Assembly (NCBI GenBank): GCA_021209525.1
Contig: JAJOIF010000009.1
Location: 88,285 to 135,239 of the forward strand
Length of the DNA: 46,955 bases
Origin: Minisyncoccota bacterium
Lineage (GTDB): Bacteria > Patescibacteriota > Minisyncoccia > Phycocordibacterales > UBA1006
Direction: 5' to 3'
The translations under genes and the position numbers were made by a program. Each line of letters starts with the position of its first letter. Position 1 is the first letter of the stretch. Below, piece after piece: positions 28,319 to 36,698 of this stretch. The notes below the pieces were generated by a model. The model saw nothing but the letters and a program-made list of their open reading frames with translations. It made no database searches and was not told where the DNA came from.

Positions 28319-28387
28319 ACCAACAAACCTTGCGACAAACACGCAAGAATGGAAAATAAATAAACATTGTCCTATGTGAACACACAG

Positions 28388-28410
28388 GCCCTCCTTGGAG
28401 GGTTTTTGTG
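28388..28410 (+). terminator. Intrinsic terminator
   Basis: Stem ccctc/gaggg plus a T-run. Confidence 0.6.
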
Positions 28411-28481
28411 TTTTTGACAAATAGTACAATATTTGTTATTGTATTGGTAAGTATTTTCCTTTTCAAAAAAAATAAAAAACA

Positions 28482-29051
28482 ATGAAGAAACTTTTTTCTC
28501 TCGGAGCGCTCTGTGCGCTTTTCTTTGCGACTACTCTTTCATATGGTCAGCAAGCAACATCAGTGATTAACCAGCAAACAAAAGATTGCTATCATGGCGA
28601 CCTTGATGTGTGCAAACAGATTTTTTTAGAATCTGTAGAAAACAACACATCGTGCTACAGGTGTGCCTGGCCAAGTGTTTGTTATATGTACGAAAAAAAT
28701 ATTCGCTCAGTACATATTACTCATAACAAAAGCGATCTCGCACATATTATTGTGCATCATGGGCTTGGGTCTGATACATTGGATATTGCTTTTGATTTTC
28801 GTATCCCTGTTGGTTATGAAATAGATATCAAAAGAGCGGTGCATATTAACAATAAAATACATGTACACTTTATTGCTTGGTATTATTACAAACGACTTGA
28901 TGATTCTCTTATAAAGAAAAAGTTTCTCAATGTACGCTCGGTCTATGATCGTCAGTGTTTCGGAAATTTTGCTCCTGAGTGGGAGTTTGATAATGGTCTC
29001 TACGAATATTTGCTCATACAGACACATCAAGGAGCAAATGTTCAGCGATAA
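28482..29051 (+). CDS. Secreted Cys-rich hypothetical protein
   Basis: Signal MKKLFSLGALCALFFATTLSYGQQ. Own promoter (ttgaca 28414, tattgt 28437) and terminator (29061-29091). Confidence 0.55.
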   Translation: MKKLFSLGALCALFFATTLSYGQQATSVINQQTKDCYHGDLDVCKQIFLESVENNTSCYRCAWPSVCYMYEKNIRSVHITHNKSDLAHIIVHHGLGSDTLDIAFDFRIPVGYEIDIKRAVHINNKIHVHFIAWYYYKRLDDSLIKKKFLNVRSVYDRQCFGNFAPEWEFDNGLYEYLLIQTHQGANVQR

Positions 29052-29129
29052 AAACAGATCAAAAATGTCTCGTAAAACGAGGCATTTTTTATAGAATACA
29101 CCACAAGATATGTGATATACTGGGTATCT

Positions 29130-30656
29130 ATGAAAAAAATAGACAATCCGCGAACAGCTATTATTATTGGGGCAGGTATTGGGGGGTTGGCAACAGGTAT
29201 TCTCCTTGCAAAAAAGGGAGTCCAAGTAACCATTCTTGAAAAAAATAAACATATTGGAGGTCGTGCGAATATTTTTGTAGAAAAAGATTTTGTATTTGAC
29301 ATGGGTCCATCATGGTTTTTGATGCCCGATGTATACGAAGAATTCTTTGGCCTTATCGGTGAAAAAGTGCAAGACCACCTTGACCTCATTCGACTAGATC
29401 CATCATATCGACTCTTTTTCCGCGACGACGGGAGTGTGCTTGATATGCACTCTGATGTAGAGCGCGACAAACACACTTTTGAGCAGCTTGAAATAGGTGC
29501 GGGAGAAAAACTTAAACCGTATCTTGATCGTACAGAAATGCAATACACGATTGCCATGAAAGATTTTGTGTATAAAAACTACGACTCACTTTTTGATTTT
29601 TTAAATCTCAGGGTGGCGCTCAAAGGTCTGCGTCTCTCAGTATTTTCAAATATGGATACCTATGTGAGCAAGTTTTTCAAAAGTGATAAAATTGCAAAAA
29701 TTTTGCAGTATATGATGGTATTTTTGGGGAGTTCACCATATAACACTACTGCACTCTACAGCATTATGAATCATATTGATTTTAATATGGGAGTTTTTTA
29801 TCCGCAAGGAGGTATTTACGAAATTCCAAAATCACTAGGAGCGCTCGCTGAAAAATTTGGCGCGACCATTCGCACCGAAAGCCCTGTTGCAAAAATTAAT
29901 GTGACTGATGGTGTGGCAACAGGTGTGCGACTAGAAAATGGGGAAGTACTCACCGCTGACGTCGTTATTTCTAATGCCGACTTGCACTTTACCGATACAC
30001 AACTCACTCCAGAACCATATCGTCTCTATTCTGAAAAATATTGGAACAAAAGAACTATCTCGCCATCAGCATTTATTGTGTATCTCGGTATTGATGGGGA
30101 AACGCCAGAGCTTGCGCATCACAACCTCATTTTTTCAAAAGACTGGAAAACAAATTTCTATCAAATTTTCGATGACCCTCAAACACCGCACGATCCGTCA
30201 CTGTATATTTGTGCGCCATCAATAACAGATCCATCACTTGCGCCATCTGGCAAGAGCATTCTTTTCTTGCTCGTGCCTATTGCAGCAGGACTTGCCCTTG
30301 ATGAAGAGCAAACACAAGCATTTCGTAATCAAATCATACGCACCATTGCCGAAGAATGTGATATGCCAGATCTTGAAGATCGTATTGAATTTGAGCGCGT
30401 ATACCAAGTCCAAGATTTTCAAAAAGACTATCATTCATACATGGGGAGCGCATTCGGGCTTTCGCACACCATGGATCAGACAGCATTTTTGCGCCCTAAT
30501 AATACCCACAAAAAGATCAAGAATATGTATTTTGTAGGAGCTAATACCAATCCAGGAATTGGCATGCCGATGTGTCTCATTTCAGCCGAACTCGCATTCA
30601 AGCGTATTTACAATATAAAGACCAATGGTCCTCTTGAGAAAAAAGATTTAGAATAA
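29130..30656 (+). CDS. crtI: Phytoene desaturase-family carotenoid desaturase (CrtI/CrtD-like)
   Basis: N-terminal IIGAGIGGLATGILLAKKGVQVTILEKNKHIGGRA and C-terminal FVGANTNPGIGMPM. Length about 508 aa. Confidence 0.85.
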   Translation: MKKIDNPRTAIIIGAGIGGLATGILLAKKGVQVTILEKNKHIGGRANIFVEKDFVFDMGPSWFLMPDVYEEFFGLIGEKVQDHLDLIRLDPSYRLFFRDDGSVLDMHSDVERDKHTFEQLEIGAGEKLKPYLDRTEMQYTIAMKDFVYKNYDSLFDFLNLRVALKGLRLSVFSNMDTYVSKFFKSDKIAKILQYMMVFLGSSPYNTTALYSIMNHIDFNMGVFYPQGGIYEIPKSLGALAEKFGATIRTESPVAKINVTDGVATGVRLENGEVLTADVVISNADLHFTDTQLTPEPYRLYSEKYWNKRTISPSAFIVYLGIDGETPELAHHNLIFSKDWKTNFYQIFDDPQTPHDPSLYICAPSITDPSLAPSGKSILFLLVPIAAGLALDEEQTQAFRNQIIRTIAEECDMPDLEDRIEFERVYQVQDFQKDYHSYMGSAFGLSHTMDQTAFLRPNNTHKKIKNMYFVGANTNPGIGMPMCLISAELAFKRIYNIKTNGPLEKKDLE

Positions 30657-30663
30657 GGATACC

Positions 30664-30689
30664 AAAAACACCCGTCAGGGTGTTTTTTA
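30664..30689. terminator. Bidirectional intrinsic terminator
   Basis: Stem acaccc/gggtgt flanked by A- and T-runs, between convergent genes. Confidence 0.7.
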
Positions 30690-30693
30690 TGAC

Positions 30694-31533
30694 CTAGAGC
30701 AAAATAAGAAAGAACAATATCATACCAATGCCTGTGGTAATCCAAGGAATTGCTTTATAGTATTTCATAATATGTTCTCCATCAAAATATGTCTTCATAG
30801 TAAGAATAATATAAGGAGCGCCAAGTACACCAACAATCCATCCTCCAGCGAGTACTCCCAATACGGTTGCAAATTTCATGCTTGCCATAACGAGCCACAG
30901 TGTATTTTTTGCACCAAGGCGGGTTGCAATAGTTTCAATTCCTGCTTGAGTGTCATAGGTAATATCGGGCACAGCAGAATATGCATGAAGCGCACTTGCC
31001 CAAATAAATCCAGCACCCATACCATACCATGGAAATGACCCTTGATAGAGCACGATAATAAATACAAAACCAATGAGCGACATAACACCATTCCAGAAAC
31101 TATCAAGCACCGGAATTGCTTTAATGCGTGCTGGCGGTACAGAATAGAGGGCGAGCGCCATACATCCGAGAATGAGCACTACCAATGCTTGCCATGAGAT
31201 AAAAATAATACCGAGCAATAGAAAAGGCGTTACGCTGATGAGTATTGCTCGTACGAGCTTGGGAATAATATCTTTGTCTAAAACCCGCTCATACGATTGT
31301 TTCTTGGGATTGAGCGCATCGGTAGGCCGATCATAGATGTCATTGAGCCCATATACCAAAAGATTTGCCGGAAAGGTAAAAAATAATCCATATACCACCA
31401 AGAGCCACCAATCTCCGGGTTGCACCCATCCATTATGTAGAGCATGTGCCACACCAAAAAGATATGGACCGAGACCATACATCCAAAAATGTGGACGAGA
31501 AATCGTATAGAGTGTATGTATTAGAGACGACAT
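30694..31533 (-). CDS. UbiA-family prenyltransferase, lycopene elongase (LyeJ/CrtEb)-like
   Basis: SRPHFWMYGLGPYLFG...FPANLLVYGLNDIYDRPTDALNPKK. About 8 TM helices. Overlaps the crtB stop by 13 nt, which implies an operon. Confidence 0.65.
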   Translation of the reverse strand: MSSLIHTLYTISRPHFWMYGLGPYLFGVAHALHNGWVQPGDWWLLVVYGLFFTFPANLLVYGLNDIYDRPTDALNPKKQSYERVLDKDIIPKLVRAILISVTPFLLLGIIFISWQALVVLILGCMALALYSVPPARIKAIPVLDSFWNGVMSLIGFVFIIVLYQGSFPWYGMGAGFIWASALHAYSAVPDITYDTQAGIETIATRLGAKNTLWLVMASMKFATVLGVLAGGWIVGVLGAPYIILTMKTYFDGEHIMKYYKAIPWITTGIGMILFFLILL

Positions 31534-32384
31534 AGTGTGCGTATGTGATGGACAATATACAGCCTGAGAATATCAAGGCGAGAATTATTACTGCGTATAA
31601 AGATATTGTAATCATTTTTTTTGATATTGGTAAGTATGTGGCTGTAGACAATAGATGCAAAAGTAACTGCATTGCGTCCGTGAGGATTCAAATACGAGAT
31701 ACCCGCATTACCATAGGTGAATAATTCTTGGGCTTTGGCGCACATCATCTGCACGAGTTCTCGCGACGCGGGAGTCATGTTTTTTTCTGCAATCCACGTT
31801 TCATCAAGCCCGTATGCATCAAGCCACTCCTTGGGTATGTAGACACGGCCACGGTCATGATAGTCTTCGGAAATATCTCTGATGAAGTTGGTTAATTGCA
31901 TAGCTTGCCCCAAGGCAATAGCATGAGAGCGATATGGTGTGTCATGATCTACAACACCAATAATGTGCGCCATCATGAGTCCCACCACAGCGGCAGACCC
32001 CCACATATATGACTCAAGATCAGCATAGGTTGCGTAGCGGGTCACCGTGTCATCCGAAATCATACTTTCTAGAAAATCATGGGTAAGCTCGTATGGTATA
32101 TCATATGTTCTCATAACGCGGGCCATAGCATCAAGAATAGGGTGGTGTGTTTTGTTGTGATGATAGGTTGCATGCCACGACGCTTGCCATGTGCGTAATT
32201 CTTGGAGCGGGGCATTGCTCGTTGGATTGTCTATGATTTCGTCCGCATAACGCACAAAAGCATAGAGAATTGTTGTTGCATCTCGTAATGACGGAGGCAA
32301 GAGTCGTGTTGCTGTTATATAATTTGATCCATATGTGGTGAGATATTCTGTACACACGCGTACATCTTCTGTGGTATACTGCAT
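31521..32384 (-). CDS. crtB: Phytoene synthase
   Basis: Asp-rich motifs YADEIIDN and NFIRDISEDYHDRGRVYIP. Confidence 0.85.
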   Translation of the reverse strand: MQYTTEDVRVCTEYLTTYGSNYITATRLLPPSLRDATTILYAFVRYADEIIDNPTSNAPLQELRTWQASWHATYHHNKTHHPILDAMARVMRTYDIPYELTHDFLESMISDDTVTRYATYADLESYMWGSAAVVGLMMAHIIGVVDHDTPYRSHAIALGQAMQLTNFIRDISEDYHDRGRVYIPKEWLDAYGLDETWIAEKNMTPASRELVQMMCAKAQELFTYGNAGISYLNPHGRNAVTFASIVYSHILTNIKKNDYNIFIRSNNSRLDILRLYIVHHIRTLCRL

Positions 32385-32417
32385 CCTGCTATTCTATCAT
32401 AGCTATTCATTTTGTAT

Positions 32418-33428
32418 ATGTCTTCACTCACTCTTTTTAAAGAAAAATTTGAACCGCAGTATCATGCACTCGTGACTCACTATGTGCATGATTTTTTCTC
32501 TGAGCGTATTTCTCACGCACAGCCAGAAATTATAGAGTACATGTGTTCTGGTAAACGCATACGCCCATTTTTAATATGGATTATGGCAGGTATGCCAGAT
32601 ATCTATGACGGACCTATTGCTTGTGCGGGATATGCTGTTGAGCTCTTTCATGCCATGGCGCTCATTCATGACGATATTATTGATGAGAGCAGTATGCGTC
32701 GCGGAGCTCCCACACCGCACCATACACTTACCAAACACACCAATCATGACCGGCACATAGGCGAGAGTCTTGCTCTGTTGTGGGGGGACTATATACTCAT
32801 GAAATCATACACACATATTCACGAGCTACCTCTTCATGTGCAGAAAACATTTTCTCGTATGTATGAAGTTACTGTGCATGGGCAAGTGCACGATGTTATG
32901 AACAGTATACTTCCATTTAATCGTGTATCAGTATCAGATATTGAGCGTGTACATACGTTGAAAACGGGGCTCTATACATTTGCACTCCCTATGCGTATTG
33001 GCGCAGAATTATCTAATGATCTCATTGATCAATCAGAAAATGTACTTCAAGATATCGAACGATTAGGGTTGCGCATAGGAACACTTTTTCAATTGCGTGA
33101 TGATATTATTGACATGCTTCCTGCGAGTAATAAAGAACAGTGGAAAGACATTCGCGAAGGAACAGTCACATGGGTCTCAGGATATGTGCGCACGCACCAC
33201 GTGCACCTCTATGACCAACTCGTTGCTTATAAAGCAGATCCAAGGCCAGAAGCATTTACAGCGCTGACCGAACAGCTCGCACTCATTTCTTGGCAAGATG
33301 TTTTTTCCAAAGAAACTGCAGATATTATTGCCACCATCCACAAAGATATAGATGAAGCGTCATATATGAACACTACACAAAAAGACGCATTGCGAGCATT
33401 GGTTGCTCAACTACAAAAACTCGGATAA
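32418..33428 (+). CDS. Polyprenyl (geranylgeranyl) diphosphate synthase
   Basis: FARM LIHDDIIDE and SARM FQLRDDIID. Confidence 0.85.
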   Translation: MSSLTLFKEKFEPQYHALVTHYVHDFFSERISHAQPEIIEYMCSGKRIRPFLIWIMAGMPDIYDGPIACAGYAVELFHAMALIHDDIIDESSMRRGAPTPHHTLTKHTNHDRHIGESLALLWGDYILMKSYTHIHELPLHVQKTFSRMYEVTVHGQVHDVMNSILPFNRVSVSDIERVHTLKTGLYTFALPMRIGAELSNDLIDQSENVLQDIERLGLRIGTLFQLRDDIIDMLPASNKEQWKDIREGTVTWVSGYVRTHHVHLYDQLVAYKADPRPEAFTALTEQLALISWQDVFSKETADIIATIHKDIDEASYMNTTQKDALRALVAQLQKLG

Positions 33429-33447
33429 AACATATATAATACGTGTA

Positions 33448-33903
33448 ATGAAAAAAACACATACATACACCCTTGATACTATTTCTTTTTTTGGGGCGGA
33501 GCTCGTCCAAAGCCTCGCGCCTCTTGCTCATGATCGAGGTGTGCTCATGACTTTGTCTGGTGATTTGGGTGCCGGAAAAACAACACTTACCCAACACATA
33601 GGGCGTATACTGGGTATTTCTGGACATATTACATCGCCAACATTTGTCATTATGAAACGGTACACCTGCGATCCCGCATCCGGTTTTGATACACTTATCC
33701 ATATTGATGCGTATCGATTGTCTTCATGGCAAGAATTAGAGAGTCTTGATATAGCGACATATATGGCACAACCGAGAACGCTTGTTATTATTGAGTGGCC
33801 AGAACACATCTCAGATACTATGCCGCAACCAGATGTGACGCTGACTATTTCTCTCTGTGACGAATTCCAAAGAAGTGCAGATATGGTATACTATTTCGTA
33901 TGA
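33448..33903 (+). CDS. tsaE: tRNA t6A biosynthesis ATPase TsaE
   Basis: LSGDLGAGKTTLTQ, SPTFVIMKRY and HIDAYRL. ATG 33448 is preceded by TATAAT at 33435. Confidence 0.85.
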   Translation: MKKTHTYTLDTISFFGAELVQSLAPLAHDRGVLMTLSGDLGAGKTTLTQHIGRILGISGHITSPTFVIMKRYTCDPASGFDTLIHIDAYRLSSWQELESLDIATYMAQPRTLVIIEWPEHISDTMPQPDVTLTISLCDEFQRSADMVYYFV

Positions 33904-35270
33904 AAGCACCACATTTTTTTTCACAGTATCAAACATTACTTGCCGAATTTATTTCTTTCAAGAGTATTTCAACAGATCCTGCATATAATGAAGCATGTCG
34001 GGATACCGCTCTTTGGCTTGAAGCATTATTACAAAAAAATGGATGTACCACTGAATTATGGCAAGGTAAGAAAACACACCCTGTCGTATATGCTTCGTAT
34101 ACAGTAGACAAGGATGCACCCACTGTGCTCATATATGGTCACTATGATGTTCAGCCTGCAGATCGTGCAGATGGATGGTCGTCTGATCCTTTTACCCTTA
34201 CTATTAAAAACAAAAGAATGATTGCTCGTGGTGCTGTAGATAATAAGGGTCAAATCATGACTCATATTGCATCAGTGTGTCACGCTATTCAAAACAATGA
34301 TCTCGGGGTAAATGTTATATTTCTCATTGAAGGAAATGAAGAATCTGGTAATGATGAATTACCGGTATTGCTGAAAAAACATAAAAAGAAATTACGCGCT
34401 GACCTCATTCTCGTTTCTGATGGGGAAACATCAGATGATCGCCCTACTATTGATATGACCTTTCGCGGAGGTGGGAATATTCGTGTAGTGTACACTACTG
34501 CCGCTAATGCATTTCACTCTGGTATTTATGGTGGCGCAGTACCGAGTGCGACACAGTCGCTCGCGTCTATGCTCGCAACACTCAAAGATACTCGCACTAA
34601 TATGGTTGCTGTTAAAAATTTTTATACGTCAGCAATAACACCAACACGTGCACATAAAAAAAATCACCAAGGGCTCGGTTCTCCCCAAGAGCTCGCTGAA
34701 AATTTTGGCGTACAGAAATTACTCTGTGAAAAAGGGAATTCTTTTTATGAACAAACAGGGTTGCGTCCTACTGTAGAAATTTCAGGTATCGGGGGAGGAT
34801 ATACAGGTGCTGGATTTCAAAATATTGTCCCACATCGCGCCGAAGCCCGCATTAATGTACGATCAGCACCAGGTCAAGACACTGCACAGGTTATGGATGC
34901 GGTGGTGCGTCATATATATGCGCATACGCCGGCATATGTGGATGTTCAGGTATATGCAGAACCACATGGCGACCCTATTGTTTTTGAACATGCTGACAAA
35001 AATCTCTCGCCTTTGGTAGAGGCTCTCGAACACGTCTACGGCAAGAACATATTGTTCAAATACTGTGGAGGATCCATTCCTATATTCGCAGATTTTCAAA
35101 AAATATTTGGCACAGATGTTGTTTCAGTATCTCTTGGTAATGAAGACTGCAATATGCATGGTGTTGATGAGAACTATACCCTAGACCTCGCTAAAAAAGG
35201 GTTGGTGTGGAGTTATGAATTCTTCAAAAAAGACGGACATGGCAGTATGTTGCACATACAGCGTACATAA
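33900..35270 (+). CDS. M20-family metallopeptidase (dipeptidase/ArgE-DapE-like)
   Basis: YGHYDVQPA, GRGAVDNKGQ and EGNEESG. Confidence 0.85.
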   Translation: MKAPHFFSQYQTLLAEFISFKSISTDPAYNEACRDTALWLEALLQKNGCTTELWQGKKTHPVVYASYTVDKDAPTVLIYGHYDVQPADRADGWSSDPFTLTIKNKRMIARGAVDNKGQIMTHIASVCHAIQNNDLGVNVIFLIEGNEESGNDELPVLLKKHKKKLRADLILVSDGETSDDRPTIDMTFRGGGNIRVVYTTAANAFHSGIYGGAVPSATQSLASMLATLKDTRTNMVAVKNFYTSAITPTRAHKKNHQGLGSPQELAENFGVQKLLCEKGNSFYEQTGLRPTVEISGIGGGYTGAGFQNIVPHRAEARINVRSAPGQDTAQVMDAVVRHIYAHTPAYVDVQVYAEPHGDPIVFEHADKNLSPLVEALEHVYGKNILFKYCGGSIPIFADFQKIFGTDVVSVSLGNEDCNMHGVDENYTLDLAKKGLVWSYEFFKKDGHGSMLHIQRT

Positions 35271-35275
35271 AAAAT

Positions 35276-35303
35276 AAACCCTCGATATTTCGAGGGCTTT
35301 TTG
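35276..35303 (+). terminator. Intrinsic terminator
   Basis: Stem ccctcga/tcgaggg plus a T-run. Confidence 0.7.
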
Positions 35304-35441
35304 TGGTCGCCTTATTTCACGTCTTTTCCAGCACTATCTCCTAATGCTTCTGGAAATTGTTTCGTATTATCCATACTATGACAAATTATATGCGAGATCG
35401 AATACCCAAGTCTCGTTTCGGCTTTGTGTATACAATGCTCA

Positions 35442-35663
35442 TTAAAAAGAACCGTTTTCACTCAAGAAATAAGTATCGTATGATTCATTGAAATAACCAC
35501 CACAACTACTTTCCCCTTTGTGTTCTTGAAAAAAACCACGCTGGTTTTTTTGTTGAGTAAGTTCATTGTCAAAACCATGATCGCTACCAATATCTACTGA
35601 ATTTTCTGATTCAAAGATGTTATTTTGATCTTGGGCAGAAATAGGTTTTTTATTTTTATCCAT
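35442..35663 (-). CDS. Small hydrophilic hypothetical protein (73 aa)
   Basis: ORF lies 61 nt downstream of the ATPase gene on the same strand. No recognisable motif. Confidence 0.35.
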   Translation of the reverse strand: MDKNKKPISAQDQNNIFESENSVDIGSDHGFDNELTQQKNQRGFFQEHKGESSCGGYFNESYDTYFLSENGSF

Positions 35664-35724
35664 AAAAGTACTTTTTTATAAACTATACCGCGTTATTATG
35701 TTTTATGTAAGGATACACCTTGTT

Positions 35725-36312
35725 TTATTGGAGACTTTTGCGTACTTGTTGTATATATGCTTTTCCAGAATGCCATGCATAATCATCAAGAGAAAAAACA
35801 CAATGTGATTCTATGAATAATGGAGCGTGTGTTGCAATCAAAAACTGACAGCCTCTTTGAGTTGCGGCTTGTATGGTTTTGAGAAAAATGAATTGATTAC
35901 GCAGCGACAGACCTGACTCTGGCTCATCAAGCACAACAAGGGTGTTATGCATTTTGTCTATGACGTCAATCATAATACCGCTGAGTACTTGTCCGTGAGA
36001 TTGAAATCTGCTCAGACAGGCATGTATGTACGACTGAGAGTCTGCCGCATTCTGTATGTTGCTCATCCGGGGATTGTCTTTTTCGCTATCAAAATAAAAA
36101 AAAGATATTTTGCTCGGATCTACTTTTTCTGAAAAAACAATAGAAAGAGGAGGGTTATTACTGTTAAAGAAACCGAGTAGGGTGCTTTTGCCCACACCTT
36201 GATCTCCAATGAGAAGGGTAATGGGTGCGCACTCAAGGGTGAAAAGTTTCTTGAAAACAGGGATGTCTCGATAATGCGTATCAGTGAGCGTAATACTTTT
36301 TATAATAGTCAT
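35725..36312 (-). CDS. Minimal ABC/SMC-type ATPase (195 aa)
   Basis: Walker A GDQGVGKST, signature-like QSHGQ, Walker B LVVLDEPESGLS, and H-loop ATHAPL. Confidence 0.65.
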   Translation of the reverse strand: MTIIKSITLTDTHYRDIPVFKKLFTLECAPITLLIGDQGVGKSTLLGFFNSNNPPLSIVFSEKVDPSKISFFYFDSEKDNPRMSNIQNAADSQSYIHACLSRFQSHGQVLSGIMIDVIDKMHNTLVVLDEPESGLSLRNQFIFLKTIQAATQRGCQFLIATHAPLFIESHCVFSLDDYAWHSGKAYIQQVRKSLQ

Positions 36313-36389
36313 AATTATTTTTTAAGGTTTTCATACAGAGTAGCATAGATGGTGTAAATGTCTAGAATGCGCACTATCTGGAATACAAT

Positions 36390-36506
36390 AAGACCAACCA
36401 CTCATTCCCGGAAAATACGAGCCTGCCGCGTTTAACGTGGCGAGGAACGAGCGAGTATTTGTCCAGGATCTCGTATATTGTCAATGAGTGTGCCGCGTAT
36501 ATTCCA
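36390..36506 (+). repeat. Noncoding repeat element, copy 1 (upstream of polA)
   Basis: Boxes aagaccaaccactcattcccggaa (36390-36413), gtccaggatctcgtat (36461-36476) and attcca (36501-36506). The same boxes occur with the same spacing at 39122-39233. Confidence 0.6.
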
Positions 36507-36698
36507 ATTGCAAACTTTGTGGTACTTATACAGTATGTATTCCACATATACGAGACCCCGGACACTTTCTCCGTTAACACTTCGAAAATTCCGGGGAAGA
36601 GATGGTAATAATACTCCCCTTCGCCAAGGCTATGGAACGCTGAGCGTGTCGGGGCGGACGAAAGGGGAATATCTCTAGCAATATGGTATACTGACACT

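Noticed and set aside
36374-36697. 107-aa minus-strand ORF in the polA upstream region
   Set aside because: It has no recognisable motifs. The homologous DNA in repeat copy 2 is read in a different frame by its overlapping ORF (39024-39341), so conservation is not at the protein level.
36313-36698. RNase P RNA, because the minus strand contains GGAGAAAGTGTCCGGGG, which resembles the CR-I GAGGAAAGUCCGGGC
   Set aside because: The matching 3' P4 strand (ACAGAA..CCGGCUUA) and other conserved regions are not present. I therefore treat the resemblance as coincidental.
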